DNA of 64,000 nucleotides from an uncultured Flavobacteriales bacterium (GTDB taxonomy: Bacteria; Bacteroidota; Bacteroidia; Flavobacteriales_D; Sanyastnellaceae), in NCBI GenBank assembly GCA_965656785.1, contig CBFHLY010000014.1, positions 12,619 through 76,618 of the forward strand. The letters run 5' to 3'. Positions 9,282-18,929 of the stretch are shown piece after piece. Position 1 is the stretch's first letter. The number at the start of each line of letters is the position of its first letter. The translations under genes and the position numbers were made by a program. Below the pieces are notes generated by a model that worked only from the letters and a program-made list of their open reading frames with translations, ran no database searches and was not told where the DNA came from.

Positions 9282-10589
9282 ATGGCCAACCGTCGCACAA
9301 AGAGCATCCCGTGGTTCATCATTGCCATGGTGTTCGCCTTCTTGGGCATGAGCACCATCCAAATCCATTGGCTGCGTTCGTCGGTGCGCATGAAGCAGCA
9401 GCTGTTCGACGACAACGTCGCCCACGCCCTTTCCGAGGTGGGGGATTTCCTCACACAGCCCTCTGCAGCCGCCCTTCAAGCCCAGTTGGAAGCCGTGAAT
9501 TCCGACCCCGGCATTCCCTCCATTGGAACGGCACTGAGCGGGGCGGAACGCACGATGTTGCAGCGGATGGACGCCTTCATGGTGGACAGCCTCGTCCAAG
9601 AGGCGCTGCACGAACACGGCATTGCCGCGGTGCCGGTCATCGGCGTGTTCGATCGGTTTGGCCAACCCGTGCGGCTGGAAGAGGCCGATGAGGAACACCG
9701 GGCGGCGCTGACCGAAGAGGGGTACTGCGTGGTGGCGGAACCGCTGCGGCTGTGCGTCCACTTTCCTTCGCTGGACCGCTACTTGCTGCACAATTTGTTG
9801 GGCCAATTCGCGTTGACGGGAGTGATGCTTGCGATCATCGCTGCCGGCCTGTTCAGCGCCGTCATCACCGCGAACCGCAACAAGCGCATCGACCGCATTC
9901 GACGCGATTTGATGAACAACTTGACCCACGAACTCAAAACGCCCATCAGCACCATCGGCCTCGCCGCGGAAGCGCTGAACGACCCGGACATGCGCAGGAG
10001 CGAAGAAACCTTGAAGCACTACGTGGGCCTCATTCGGGAGGAGAACAAGCGGCTCGGGGTGTTGGTGGAGAACGTGTTGCAAGCGAGCCTCGCGGATTCG
10101 GGGAGCATGCGGTTGTTCATGCAGCCGTTGAACGCGCACGATGTCATCAAGGAAGTGGTCAAGAATTTGGCCATCCAAACCGTAAAACGGGGAGGAAAGG
10201 TGGAGCTCAACCTCACGGCGAGCAGTCCGGTCATCGAGGCCGATCGCATCCACCTGACGAACGTGGTTTACAACCTCATGGACAACGCACTGAAGTACGC
10301 ATCCGAGAATCCGCTGCTCGAAATTTCCAGCCGAAACACCCCGAACGGCGTGGAGTTTCGGTTCAAAGACAACGGCATCGGCATCCCGAAAGAACATTTA
10401 GGCAAGGTCTTTGATAGGTTGTATCGTGTCCCTACGGGAAACGTTCACGACGTGAAAGGATTTGGACTCGGTTTGAGTTATGTGCGCACGGTGGTTGTGC
10501 GCCATCACGGGTCCATTCACGTTGAGAGCGAACCTGGAAAGGGCAGCACGTTTGTGATTGAATTGCCGAAAACCCAACCTGAACGTTGA
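9282..10589 (+). CDS. sensor histidine kinase (HisKA + HATPase_c)
   Basis: 435 aa. N-terminal TM, H-box NLTHELKTPIST, N-box YNLMDNALKY and G-boxes KDNGIGIP / GFGLGLSYV. Confidence 0.88.
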   Translation: MANRRTKSIPWFIIAMVFAFLGMSTIQIHWLRSSVRMKQQLFDDNVAHALSEVGDFLTQPSAAALQAQLEAVNSDPGIPSIGTALSGAERTMLQRMDAFMVDSLVQEALHEHGIAAVPVIGVFDRFGQPVRLEEADEEHRAALTEEGYCVVAEPLRLCVHFPSLDRYLLHNLLGQFALTGVMLAIIAAGLFSAVITANRNKRIDRIRRDLMNNLTHELKTPISTIGLAAEALNDPDMRRSEETLKHYVGLIREENKRLGVLVENVLQASLADSGSMRLFMQPLNAHDVIKEVVKNLAIQTVKRGGKVELNLTASSPVIEADRIHLTNVVYNLMDNALKYASENPLLEISSRNTPNGVEFRFKDNGIGIPKEHLGKVFDRLYRVPTGNVHDVKGFGLGLSYVRTVVVRHHGSIHVESEPGKGSTFVIELPKTQPER

Positions 10590-10590
10590 C

Positions 10591-11292
10591 ATGAGCACCG
10601 AAACGAAAACATCCATCTTGTTGTGCGAGGACGACCCAAATTTGGGCCGACTCCTTTGTGATTACTTGAACGCCAAAGGGTTCGAAACGGTTTGGGCGAA
10701 AGACGGCGTGGAAGGATTGAAGGAATTTCACCGCCATTCGTTCGATTTCGCATTGCTCGACGTCATGATGCCGCGCAAAGACGGCTTCGAAGTGGCCGAG
10801 GAAATCCGGCGGGAATCGCGTCAGTTGCCGATTTTGTTCCTCACAGCGCGTTCGGCGAAAGAGGACACGCTGCAAGGATTCAAAGTCGGCGCGGACGACT
10901 ACATGACAAAGCCGTTCAGCATGGACGAATTGCTGATGCGCATCCACGCCATTTTGCGGCGATCCGCCGCCCTTCCAGAAGAAGGGGAAGAAGTCAGCCA
11001 ATTCCGCATCGGCGAATACGCGTTCGACTACAACACGCAAAAGCTCACCCACGGATCCGAAGAGAAGCGCCTGACCACCAAGGAGAACGAACTGCTCTAC
11101 CTGCTGGCGAAGCACAAAAATGGATTGCTCGAGCGCCCGTTTGCGTTGCGCACGATTTGGGGAGACGACAACTACTTCAATGGACGGAGCATGGACGTGT
11201 ACATTGCCAAACTCCGGAAGCACCTGTCGAACGACCCGACCATTGAAATCATGAACGTCCACGGAAAGGGATTCAAATTGATCGCATCCTGA
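10591..11292 (+). CDS. OmpR/PhoB-family response regulator
   Basis: The start at MSTETKTSILLCEDD (ATG 10591) lies 1 nt after the kinase stop. The winged-helix output is LTTKENELLYLLAKHKNGLLERPFAL...MDVYIAKLRKHL. Confidence 0.9.
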   Translation: MSTETKTSILLCEDDPNLGRLLCDYLNAKGFETVWAKDGVEGLKEFHRHSFDFALLDVMMPRKDGFEVAEEIRRESRQLPILFLTARSAKEDTLQGFKVGADDYMTKPFSMDELLMRIHAILRRSAALPEEGEEVSQFRIGEYAFDYNTQKLTHGSEEKRLTTKENELLYLLAKHKNGLLERPFALRTIWGDDNYFNGRSMDVYIAKLRKHLSNDPTIEIMNVHGKGFKLIAS

Positions 11293-11324
11293 CGCGGCGT
11301 TAACACAGTGTGGCACAGTATTCG

Positions 11325-11352
11325 AAAGGGATTGGTTATCAATCCCTTTTTT
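11325..11352 (+). terminator. rho-independent terminator after the response regulator gene
   Basis: AAAGGGATTG-GTTAT-CAATCCCTTTTTT. The 7-bp GC-containing stem is GGGATTG/CAATCCC, followed by a T-run. The next ATG is at 11354. Confidence 0.6.
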
Positions 11353-11353
11353 C

Positions 11354-12049
11354 ATGTCCAAACCCACCCCACCCACGTTCCTGATGGGACTGACAGCTGC
11401 CCTCGCCTTGACATGGGCGGCGTTCGAATGGACCTCGTTTGAATGGTCGACCGCCCGCGCGGCGGCGTTCACGTCCCTGCCGACGGACCTTTTGGAAGTG
11501 GAAGTCGTTCCGGCTTCCGTTCCCGTGAAACCACCGCCGCCGCCTGCGCCAACGACTCCGCCGCTCGTGCACCCCGAACCGCGGCCGACCCCCATCGGGA
11601 GCGGCCCCTTGGGGCCCGAACCCGACCCGGGTTTCTTTTCGGGCTGGGACGACCTGTTCGGTCCGGAGCCTGAGCCCGTGTTCAGCAGCGAACCTGCGAC
11701 GTTGTTGGTGGCCGATCACATGCCCGCCTTCCCCGAGTGCGCCGATGTCCTCGACCCCGAAGGCGAGCGGCAATGCACCGAACAGCGCATCATCGAACAC
11801 ATGCAGCAATGCGTGGAATTCCCCCGGCACATGCGGGACGCAGGCATCGACGGCGTGGTCTACCTCGAGTATGTCATTGACGAAGACGGACGCGTCCGCA
11901 ACCCGCGCATTTTGAAGTCGCCTCATGCGGCCTTTGACGGCACCACCCTCGAATGCATCGAAGGGCTTCCGGTGTTGCAACCGGGGCGCCAACAAGGCCG
12001 ACCCGTTCGGGTTCAATACACCCTGCCCGTACGCTTTTCGCTCCATTGA
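11354..12049 (+). CDS. TonB-family energy transducer
   Basis: 231 aa with an N-terminal anchor and a proline-rich spacer (VKPPPPPAPTTPPLVHPEPRP). The C-terminal TonB fold pattern is DGVVYLEYVIDEDGRVRNPRILKS...PVRVQYTLPVRF. Confidence 0.8.
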   Translation: MSKPTPPTFLMGLTAALALTWAAFEWTSFEWSTARAAAFTSLPTDLLEVEVVPASVPVKPPPPPAPTTPPLVHPEPRPTPIGSGPLGPEPDPGFFSGWDDLFGPEPEPVFSSEPATLLVADHMPAFPECADVLDPEGERQCTEQRIIEHMQQCVEFPRHMRDAGIDGVVYLEYVIDEDGRVRNPRILKSPHAAFDGTTLECIEGLPVLQPGRQQGRPVRVQYTLPVRFSLH

Positions 12050-12123
12050 TGGCCGCCGCGCAAACCCCTTGGTCTTCAGCACGGAATGCACTACATTTGC
12101 AGCCTCAAAAAGCCTGCCCCGTC

Positions 12124-13053
12124 ATGCTCAAAATCCTAGCCGGTTCTTCCTCCCACGCCTTTGGCGCCCGCGTCGCGGAAGCGTTCGGTGCGGATTTAAT
12201 TCCCGTGAACACCACGCGATTCAGCGATGGGGAGTTTCAAGTGAGCATTGAAGAAACGGTCCGGGGCAAGGAAGTGGTCATCATCCAAGGCACCTACCCG
12301 CCGACCGAGAACCTCTTCGAATTGCTGCTCCTCATAGACGCCGCGAAGCGCGCCAGCGCCAAGCGCATCATCGCGATGATTCCGTATTTCGGTTGGGCGC
12401 GGCAAGACCGCAAAGACAAACCCCGCGTGGCCATCGGTGCCAAGCTCGTGGCGAACCTGCTCACTGCAGCAGGCATCGACCGACTCATCACCATGGACCT
12501 CCACGCGGACCAAATCCAGGGCTTCTTCGAAGTCCCGGTCGACCACCTCTACGCGAGCACGATTTTCATCCCCTACCTCGAGCAACTCGACCGCACGAAC
12601 CTGTGCATCGCTACGCCCGATACCGGTGGAACGAAGCGCGCCAACAGCTACGCAAAGCGGCTCGGCGTGGACATGGCCATCTGCTACAAGCAACGCGAAG
12701 TCGCCAACCAAGTCGAGTCCATGACCGTCATCGGAAAGGTGCAGGACAAGGACGTGGTGTTGGTGGACGACATGTGCGACACGGCAGGCACCCTCACGAA
12801 GGCAGCGGACCTGATGATGGAGCACGGCGCGAGAAGCGTTCGCGCGCTGTGCACCCACGGCGTCCTCAGCGGTCCAGCCTACGAGCGCATCGCAAACAGC
12901 AGCCTCACCGAATTGGTCATCACCGATAGCATGCCCCTGCGAGAAGGGGCCAACACCTCGAAAATCAAGGTTCTTCCGGTCCACGATTTGTTCGCAAAAA
13001 CGCTCACCTGCCTCGTGGAGGAGCGTTCCATCAGTTCAGAACTCATTGTTTAA
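12124..13053 (+). CDS. prs: ribose-phosphate pyrophosphokinase
   Basis: The start is MLKILAGSSS (ATG 12124); the ORF track over-extends it to 11953. Motifs: ITMDLHADQIQGFF and VLVDDMCDTAGTL. Confidence 0.93.
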   Translation: MLKILAGSSSHAFGARVAEAFGADLIPVNTTRFSDGEFQVSIEETVRGKEVVIIQGTYPPTENLFELLLLIDAAKRASAKRIIAMIPYFGWARQDRKDKPRVAIGAKLVANLLTAAGIDRLITMDLHADQIQGFFEVPVDHLYASTIFIPYLEQLDRTNLCIATPDTGGTKRANSYAKRLGVDMAICYKQREVANQVESMTVIGKVQDKDVVLVDDMCDTAGTLTKAADLMMEHGARSVRALCTHGVLSGPAYERIANSSLTELVITDSMPLREGANTSKIKVLPVHDLFAKTLTCLVEERSISSELIV

Positions 13054-13065
13054 CAACATACTATC

Positions 13066-13644
13066 ATGAAAACTGCATCATTGAGCGGCTCCTTGCGCGG
13101 GAGCGTAGGGAAAAAAGATGCTGCGACCCTCCGCAAGGAAGGCCGTGTCCCGGGTGTTCTCTATGGAGGCACCGAGCAAGTTCACTTCCACGTTGCGAAA
13201 CTGGACATCGAACGGTTGGTCATCAACCCCGACGTCTTCCGCATCGAATTGGACGTCGAAGGCACCAAGTACGACACGATCCTCCAGGAAATCCAGTTCC
13301 ACCCGGTGACCGATCACATTGTGCACATCGATGCGTTGTTGCTCGACGAGCAGAAGCCCGTCCGCGTGGAATTGCCGGTTCGCACGAAGGGAACCTCGCC
13401 CGGTGTCATGAACGGTGGTCGCCTCGAATTGCAATACCGTCGCGTGCCGGTTCGCGGATTGCCGAACAACTTGCCCGAGGTCATCTCCGTCGACATTTCT
13501 GGTTTGGAAATCGGCAGCAACCTCCGGGTGCGTGACCTCCAAGTTGAAGGCTGTGATATCCTGCTGAACGACTCCACCCTCATCGCATCTGTCAAGCGTA
13601 CGCGTGCCGCCATGGCCGCTGCTGCAGCTGCTGAGGAAGCGTAA
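13066..13644 (+). CDS. rplY: 50S ribosomal protein L25 / general stress protein Ctc
   Basis: 192 aa. The N-terminus GKKDAATLRKEGRVPGVLYGG and two-domain length are typical of the Ctc form. It sits in the conserved prs-ctc-pth order. Confidence 0.9.
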   Translation: MKTASLSGSLRGSVGKKDAATLRKEGRVPGVLYGGTEQVHFHVAKLDIERLVINPDVFRIELDVEGTKYDTILQEIQFHPVTDHIVHIDALLLDEQKPVRVELPVRTKGTSPGVMNGGRLELQYRRVPVRGLPNNLPEVISVDISGLEIGSNLRVRDLQVEGCDILLNDSTLIASVKRTRAAMAAAAAAEEA

Positions 13645-13648
13645 GCAC

Positions 13649-14212
13649 ATGAAGTACCTCATCGTCGGTCTCGGAAATCCGGGTGCTGAATATGAGGACA
13701 CCCGACACAACATCGGGTTCAAGGTCGTGGACGCCATCGCCCAGTCGCGGGGAGCAAGTTTTGCCCCCGCTCGACTGGGCGATGTGTCCACGTTCCGGTT
13801 TAAGGCCCGCACGTTCGTGCTGTTGAAGCCGTCCACGTACATGAACCTCAGCGGCAAGGCCGTGCGGTATTGGATGGAAGCTGAGAAGATTCCGGTGGAG
13901 AACGTACTCGTCATCACGGATGACTTGGCGTTGCCCTTCGGCACGTTGCGGATTCGGGGAAAGGGCTCGGACGGTGGGCACAACGGGCTGAAGGACATTC
14001 AGACCGTATTGAATACCACGCAGTATCCCCGGCTGCGCTTCGGAATCGGGGACGCCTTCCACCGCGGGGCGCAGGTGGATTACGTGTTGGGCAAGTGGAC
14101 CGCGGAGGAGCGGAACGCCTTACCGGAGCGCCTCGATCGGTGTGTGGAGAGCGCGTGGAGCTTTGCGACTGCGGGTTTGGGCCGCACGATGAACGCCTTC
14201 AACAACACCTGA
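13649..14212 (+). CDS. pth: peptidyl-tRNA hydrolase
   Basis: The start is MKYLIVGLGNPGAEYEDTRHNIGF (ATG 13649), with the later motif GSDGGHNGLKDI. Confidence 0.93.
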   Translation: MKYLIVGLGNPGAEYEDTRHNIGFKVVDAIAQSRGASFAPARLGDVSTFRFKARTFVLLKPSTYMNLSGKAVRYWMEAEKIPVENVLVITDDLALPFGTLRIRGKGSDGGHNGLKDIQTVLNTTQYPRLRFGIGDAFHRGAQVDYVLGKWTAEERNALPERLDRCVESAWSFATAGLGRTMNAFNNT

Positions 14213-14824
14213 TCAATCCTCGTAAAGGTGATTGCTCCCGATGTAGTGGAGCACCTTGTCCGGCAGCAGGTAGCGGATGTCTTGATTGGCCAAAATCGCC
14301 TGGCGTAAATACGTCGAGGAGATGCTGATCATGGGCGCATTGCAGTGTTCGACGTGGGGGTGGTTGCACGGCACGGCCTGACCATCCAGCGCGGGAGGCG
14401 GGACGTCCGGTGTCCGCCGGGGATACACGAGGAACCGGTGTTCGTGGAGCAACTCCTCGTGATCTTTCCAGGTGTGGAGCGTCTCGAAATTGTCCTCTCC
14501 GATGATGATGCTGAAGGTCAGCTCGGGATGCGCGCCGCGCAGGTGGCGCATGGTGGCTGCCGTGTAATGCGGTTCGGGCAGGTTCGCTTCGACGTCCGTG
14601 GCCGAAAGCGCCGGGTTATCGGAAATCGCCAGCCGCACCATTTGCATCCGATCCGCGAACGCGATGAGGGCGCCCTTCGCCTTGTGCGGCGATTGCGGAG
14701 TGACCACGAGCCACACCTCATCAAGGTCCGTGGACTGCGCCATGTGGTTCGCAATGATGAGGTGCCCCATGTGAATCGGGTTGAACGAACCGAAATAAAG
14801 GCCTACGTTGCGCGGACCCATCAT
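14213..14824 (-). CDS. nadD: nicotinate-nucleotide adenylyltransferase
   Basis: 203 aa with GLYFGSFNPIHMGHL (HxGH nucleotidyltransferase motif). Its stop abuts the pth stop with no gap. Confidence 0.9.
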   Translation of the reverse strand: MMGPRNVGLYFGSFNPIHMGHLIIANHMAQSTDLDEVWLVVTPQSPHKAKGALIAFADRMQMVRLAISDNPALSATDVEANLPEPHYTAATMRHLRGAHPELTFSIIIGEDNFETLHTWKDHEELLHEHRFLVYPRRTPDVPPPALDGQAVPCNHPHVEHCNAPMISISSTYLRQAILANQDIRYLLPDKVLHYIGSNHLYED

Positions 14825-15426
14825 GAAGCCGGGGATTCCGCAGGGGCAATGAACGCCTCGACGAGTTCTACTGCGCGGCGGCAGGCCGTGGCCAAATCGT
14901 CGTTCACCAACACCACATCGAACTGGTCTTCATAGGCCAACTCCCGCTCCGCCTTCCGCAGCCGTTCCTCGATCACTTCGGGCGCATCGGTGCCTCGACC
15001 TTCGAGGCGTTGGCGCAGTACAGAAAGGGATGGCGGACGAATGAACACGCTCAGGGCCGCCTCGCCGAGGGCGTTGCGCAAGTTCACGCCCCCTTCGACG
15101 TCGACATCGAAGAGTGCGGTTTGGCCTGCGGCCCACATGCGATCCAACTCCGAACGCAGCGTCCCATAGCACTTGCCCGGGTACACCTCCTCCCACTCGA
15201 CGAACGCGCCCGCCGCGACCTGCGCCTTGAACGCGTCGAGCGACAGGAAATGGTAATCCACCCCGTCGCGCTCCTGGCCCCGCTGCGGCCGCGTCGTGGC
15301 GCTGACCGAGAAGCCCATGGGGTGGCTGACGTGCTGCAGCAAATGCCGCACGATGGTGGTTTTTCCCGAACCCGAAGGTGCGGAAAAGATGACGGCCTTG
15401 CCCTTGGATCGCGCAGCAGCCATCAC
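14821..15426 (-). CDS. gmk: guanylate kinase
   Basis: 201 aa with P-loop SAPSGSGKTT and TTRPQRGQERDGVDYHF. 4-nt overlaps on both sides. Confidence 0.92.
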   Translation of the reverse strand: MMAAARSKGKAVIFSAPSGSGKTTIVRHLLQHVSHPMGFSVSATTRPQRGQERDGVDYHFLSLDAFKAQVAAGAFVEWEEVYPGKCYGTLRSELDRMWAAGQTALFDVDVEGGVNLRNALGEAALSVFIRPPSLSVLRQRLEGRGTDAPEVIEERLRKAERELAYEDQFDVVLVNDDLATACRRAVELVEAFIAPAESPAS

Positions 15427-16295
15427 AGCACGTTGAGCACCTGCTCCTTGATTTTCTCCAAATCGTCCTTCATGCCGACCACAAGGCGCTGGATTTCCGC
15501 ATCGTTCGCCTTTGAACCAAGGGTGTTCACTTCGCGGCCGATTTCTTGCGCCACAAAACCGAGCTTCTTCCCCTGACCGGCTTCGCCTTCCAGGATTTCG
15601 TGGAACAAGGCCAAATGGGCCCGGAGCCGCACCCGTTCCTCGCTAACGTCCATCTTTTCCACGTAGAACAGCACCTCCTGCTCGAAGCGGTTCTCATCGA
15701 TCCGGCCTCGCTGCATGACGTCCTCGAGGTGGGAGTGGATGCGGGACTTTACCCGTTCAAGGCGGGCGTCAAGCAAGGGGTCGAGATCGGCCTCCACCGC
15801 GGCGATCGAACCGAGGTGCTGACGGAAATCCGCCTCCAGCGCACGGCCCTCCTGCTCGCGAAAGGCATTGAAGGCCGCGAGTGCTTCGGCGACCAACGCG
15901 TCAAGGGCCGACCACGTCGACTCATCCACCTCGTCCTTCGCTTGCCGCACGACATCCGGCAAGCGGAGCGCAGCACCGATGGGGTCGACCAAAGGCAGCT
16001 CTTCGATTTGGGCGAGGAGCCGCATGTCTTCCAGGTAAGCCCGAAGAACCGGACCGTTGAGCTGGCTGCGGGTTTCCGCCTCGTCCTGTTCGTAGGAAAT
16101 GGAAAGGTCGCTCTTGCCCCGAATGAGTTCCGCGCCGACTCGCTTGCGCAAGGCCATCTCCCACTCGCGGAAAGCGCTGGGCATGCGAACGGAAAGGTCG
16201 AGCTGCTTCCCGTTGAGGGAGCGGATTTCGACGGTGTACCGGCGGTTGCCGATGGTGCCGGTGGCTTTGCCGTAGCCGGTCATGGATCGGATCAT
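15423..16295 (-). CDS. yicC: YicC-family stress-induced protein
   Basis: The start MIRSMTGYGKA is characteristic of the YicC N-terminus (16295; the ORF track extends to 16334). The C-terminus GREVNTLGSKAND matches the DUF1732 pattern. Confidence 0.88.
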   Translation of the reverse strand: MIRSMTGYGKATGTIGNRRYTVEIRSLNGKQLDLSVRMPSAFREWEMALRKRVGAELIRGKSDLSISYEQDEAETRSQLNGPVLRAYLEDMRLLAQIEELPLVDPIGAALRLPDVVRQAKDEVDESTWSALDALVAEALAAFNAFREQEGRALEADFRQHLGSIAAVEADLDPLLDARLERVKSRIHSHLEDVMQRGRIDENRFEQEVLFYVEKMDVSEERVRLRAHLALFHEILEGEAGQGKKLGFVAQEIGREVNTLGSKANDAEIQRLVVGMKDDLEKIKEQVLNVL

Positions 16296-16354
16296 GGAAC
16301 GAGATTTGGCCCAAAGATAGCCAACCCCTCGCACGCCGTACCTTTGCGCTTCGC

Positions 16355-17347
16355 ATGAGCCGCATCTCCGACATCCAGGCCCCCGTGGCCGCCGACATGC
16401 AGGCGTTCAAAGTGCACTTCCGCGAGGCGATGCGCACGGACGTGGCGCTGCTGAACGTCATCATGCGGCACATCCTCCGACGCAACGGCAAGCAGATGCG
16501 GCCACTGTTCGTGTTCCTGAGTGCGCGGTTGCACACCGACCAACCCTTCAGCGAACCGCTGGGCCGCCGGGCGCAGGTAGCAGCTTCGCTCATCGAGCTG
16601 CTGCACACCGCCACGCTAGTGCACGACGACGTGGTGGACGAGAGCGACATGCGGCGGGGATTCTTCTCGATCCAAGCGCTCTGGCGGAAGAAGGTGGCGG
16701 TGCTGGTCGGGGATTACTTGCTCTCGCGCGGCCTGCTCATGGCCGTGGAGGACGACACGTACGATTTGCTGAAGATCACGTCGCAGGCCGTTCGTGAGAT
16801 TTCGGAGGGCGAGTTGCTGCAGATCGAGAAGGCGCGGCGGCTGGACATCACGGAGGAGGTGTATTTCGAGATCATTCGGCGCAAAACAGCGTCGTTGATT
16901 GCGGCGTGCTGCGCGTGTGGGGCTGCGGCGGCGGGGGCGGATGCCGAGGGGGTGGAGCGGATGAGGCGGTTTGGGGAGTTGGTGGGTTTGGCCTTCCAAA
17001 TCCAAGACGACCTGCTGGACCTCGGTGAAGGCGAGCGGACGGGCAAGCCGACCGGAGTGGACATCAAGGAGCGGAAAATGACGTTGCCGCTGATCCACAC
17101 GCTGCAGCAATCGGACCGCTCAGAGCGGCGGCGGCTGATTCGGCTCGTGAAGTACCGGAGCAACGACCCGAAAGCCGTTGAAGACGTCATGCGAACGGTG
17201 CTCGAGGGACCGGGCATGGAGTACGCGCGGGGACGGATGAAGGGGTTGCTGGACGAGGCCATGGCGATGCTGGAGGCGTTCCCCGATGGCGCGGTGCGTG
17301 CGGCGCTCATGGATTTGGTGCACTACACAATCGATCGGAAAAAATGA
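16355..17347 (+). CDS. ispB: long-chain polyprenyl diphosphate synthase (IspB-like)
   Basis: 330 aa. The two aspartate-rich motifs are LVHDDVVDESD and FQIQDDLLD. Confidence 0.9.
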   Translation: MSRISDIQAPVAADMQAFKVHFREAMRTDVALLNVIMRHILRRNGKQMRPLFVFLSARLHTDQPFSEPLGRRAQVAASLIELLHTATLVHDDVVDESDMRRGFFSIQALWRKKVAVLVGDYLLSRGLLMAVEDDTYDLLKITSQAVREISEGELLQIEKARRLDITEEVYFEIIRRKTASLIAACCACGAAAAGADAEGVERMRRFGELVGLAFQIQDDLLDLGEGERTGKPTGVDIKERKMTLPLIHTLQQSDRSERRRLIRLVKYRSNDPKAVEDVMRTVLEGPGMEYARGRMKGLLDEAMAMLEAFPDGAVRAALMDLVHYTIDRKK

Positions 17348-17802
17348 ACCGGATGCTGGTGTTGGCGGCGTTGGCGATCGCCGGATGTGGAAGCGAACCC
17401 GTAGTGGATCAGGTGGTGACGGCGACGTGGCCGAGTGGCGAGGTGAAGCGCGAGGCTGACGTGGCGCAAGGCGATACGCTCGCTGTGCGGGTGTACCATG
17501 AAAACGGGCAGCTCGACCAGGTGGAGGCGTACGATGCGGAGGGGCGCAAGTCGGGGGTTTGGCAGGCGTTCTATCCGGATGGCAAGCCGTGGTCGGAGCA
17601 CCGGTATCGGGAGGGGGTCCAAATCGGAGCCTACCGCACCTGGCATCCCAATGGCGCCCTGTACATCGACGGCCTCTACGGGGACGCTGGTCGCCCGACC
17701 GGCACGTGGCGATTCCTGGCTCCGGACGGTTCGGTGTTGCGCGAAATCGAGGGCGCCACCATCGCGGCGGACGAAGCCGGACGCAATCGGAATCCACATT
17801 GA
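17344..17802 (+). CDS. MORN-repeat-variant (YwqK-like) lipoprotein
   Basis: MNRMLVLAALAIAGC lipobox. Repeats follow the G-x-W-x-x-[FY]-x-x-[ND]G pattern (GVWQAFYPDGKPW, GAYRTWHPNGALY, GTWRFLAPDGS). ATGA overlap with ispB. Confidence 0.6.
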   Translation: MNRMLVLAALAIAGCGSEPVVDQVVTATWPSGEVKREADVAQGDTLAVRVYHENGQLDQVEAYDAEGRKSGVWQAFYPDGKPWSEHRYREGVQIGAYRTWHPNGALYIDGLYGDAGRPTGTWRFLAPDGSVLREIEGATIAADEAGRNRNPH

Positions 17803-17867
17803 GCCGTTAATAGGTGGTGACCGGCCGGCGGCAACGCGCTGCCCCCGCCGCCTAACTTCGCGCGGTG

Positions 17868-18863
17868 ATGAAGACGTGGACCTTCCGTTTGTTGTACGTT
17901 GCGTGCGGCCTGTTGTGGGCGATTTGGCCCGCATCCGCCCGCGCGCAAGCCCCTGCGAACAAGCCGCAAGACTACATCGCGCAATGGAGCGACGTGGCCA
18001 TCCGCCAAATGATTGATCACCGCATCCCCGCCAGCATCACCCTCGCGCAAGGCATCCTGGAAAGCGGCAACGGCAACAGCGAACTCGCGCGCGTTTCCAA
18101 CAACCACTTCGGCATCAAGTGCCACAGCGATTGGACCGGCGGCCGGACGTACCACGATGACGACGCGAAGGGCGAGTGCTTCCGAGCCTATGAGGACGCG
18201 GCCGACAGCTTCAACGACCACAGCGACTTCTTGAAGCGCTCCCGCTACGCGCCGCTGTTCGAACTGGAAATCACCGACTACCGCGGGTGGGCGAAGGGCC
18301 TCAAGCAATGCGGCTACGCGACGAATCCGCAGTACGCGGACAAGCTCATCGACCTCGTGGAGCGCTACGAATTGTACGTCTACGACGACCAGGCGCTGGC
18401 GTTGATGGACGAAGATGCGAAGTTGGATGACGCGCGAATGGATTTGGCCAAAAACCGCCTGGTCGGAGGCCGAGAAGTCCTCCTTTCCGACAACGCCATC
18501 CAGTTCATCGTGGCGCAACCGGGCGACACCTACGAAGCGCTCGCCCGATCGCTTGACATGATGCGGTGGCAGTTCTACCGCTACAACGAGGTCGAACGCA
18601 AGGGCAGCGACCACGCGCTCGAAGCGGGCGAAATCGTCTACCTCCAACCGAAGCGGTCACGCGGCATAGAAGCCTGGACCACCGTGCAAGAAGGCGAGAC
18701 GCTTTGGGCGGTTTCTCAACGGACCGGGGTGAGCATGAAGGCCATCGTGCGGAAAAACCACCTGACCGTTGGCGAACCGCTGCAGGCCGGCACCCGGCTC
18801 GCGCTGAAGTGGCGCCTGACGAAGGAGGGCACCGCGCCTTGGTACGCGCGGGAATCCGATTAA
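17868..18863 (+). CDS. N-acetylglucosaminidase-domain peptidoglycan hydrolase with two LysM domains
   Basis: Signal peptide, then the glucosaminidase pattern ITLAQGILESGNGNSELARVSNNHFGIKC. Two LysM-like segments are present (VAQPGDTYEALARSL, VQEGETLWAVSQRTGVSMKAIVRKNHL). I preferred ATG 17868 over GTG 17865. Confidence 0.8.
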   Translation: MKTWTFRLLYVACGLLWAIWPASARAQAPANKPQDYIAQWSDVAIRQMIDHRIPASITLAQGILESGNGNSELARVSNNHFGIKCHSDWTGGRTYHDDDAKGECFRAYEDAADSFNDHSDFLKRSRYAPLFELEITDYRGWAKGLKQCGYATNPQYADKLIDLVERYELYVYDDQALALMDEDAKLDDARMDLAKNRLVGGREVLLSDNAIQFIVAQPGDTYEALARSLDMMRWQFYRYNEVERKGSDHALEAGEIVYLQPKRSRGIEAWTTVQEGETLWAVSQRTGVSMKAIVRKNHLTVGEPLQAGTRLALKWRLTKEGTAPWYARESD

Positions 18864-18929
18864 GCGCAGGAGGTCAGGAAGCGGGGGCGGAAGTTGAAGT
18901 AATTTGGCCTGCGAAAGACGAAGCAAGCC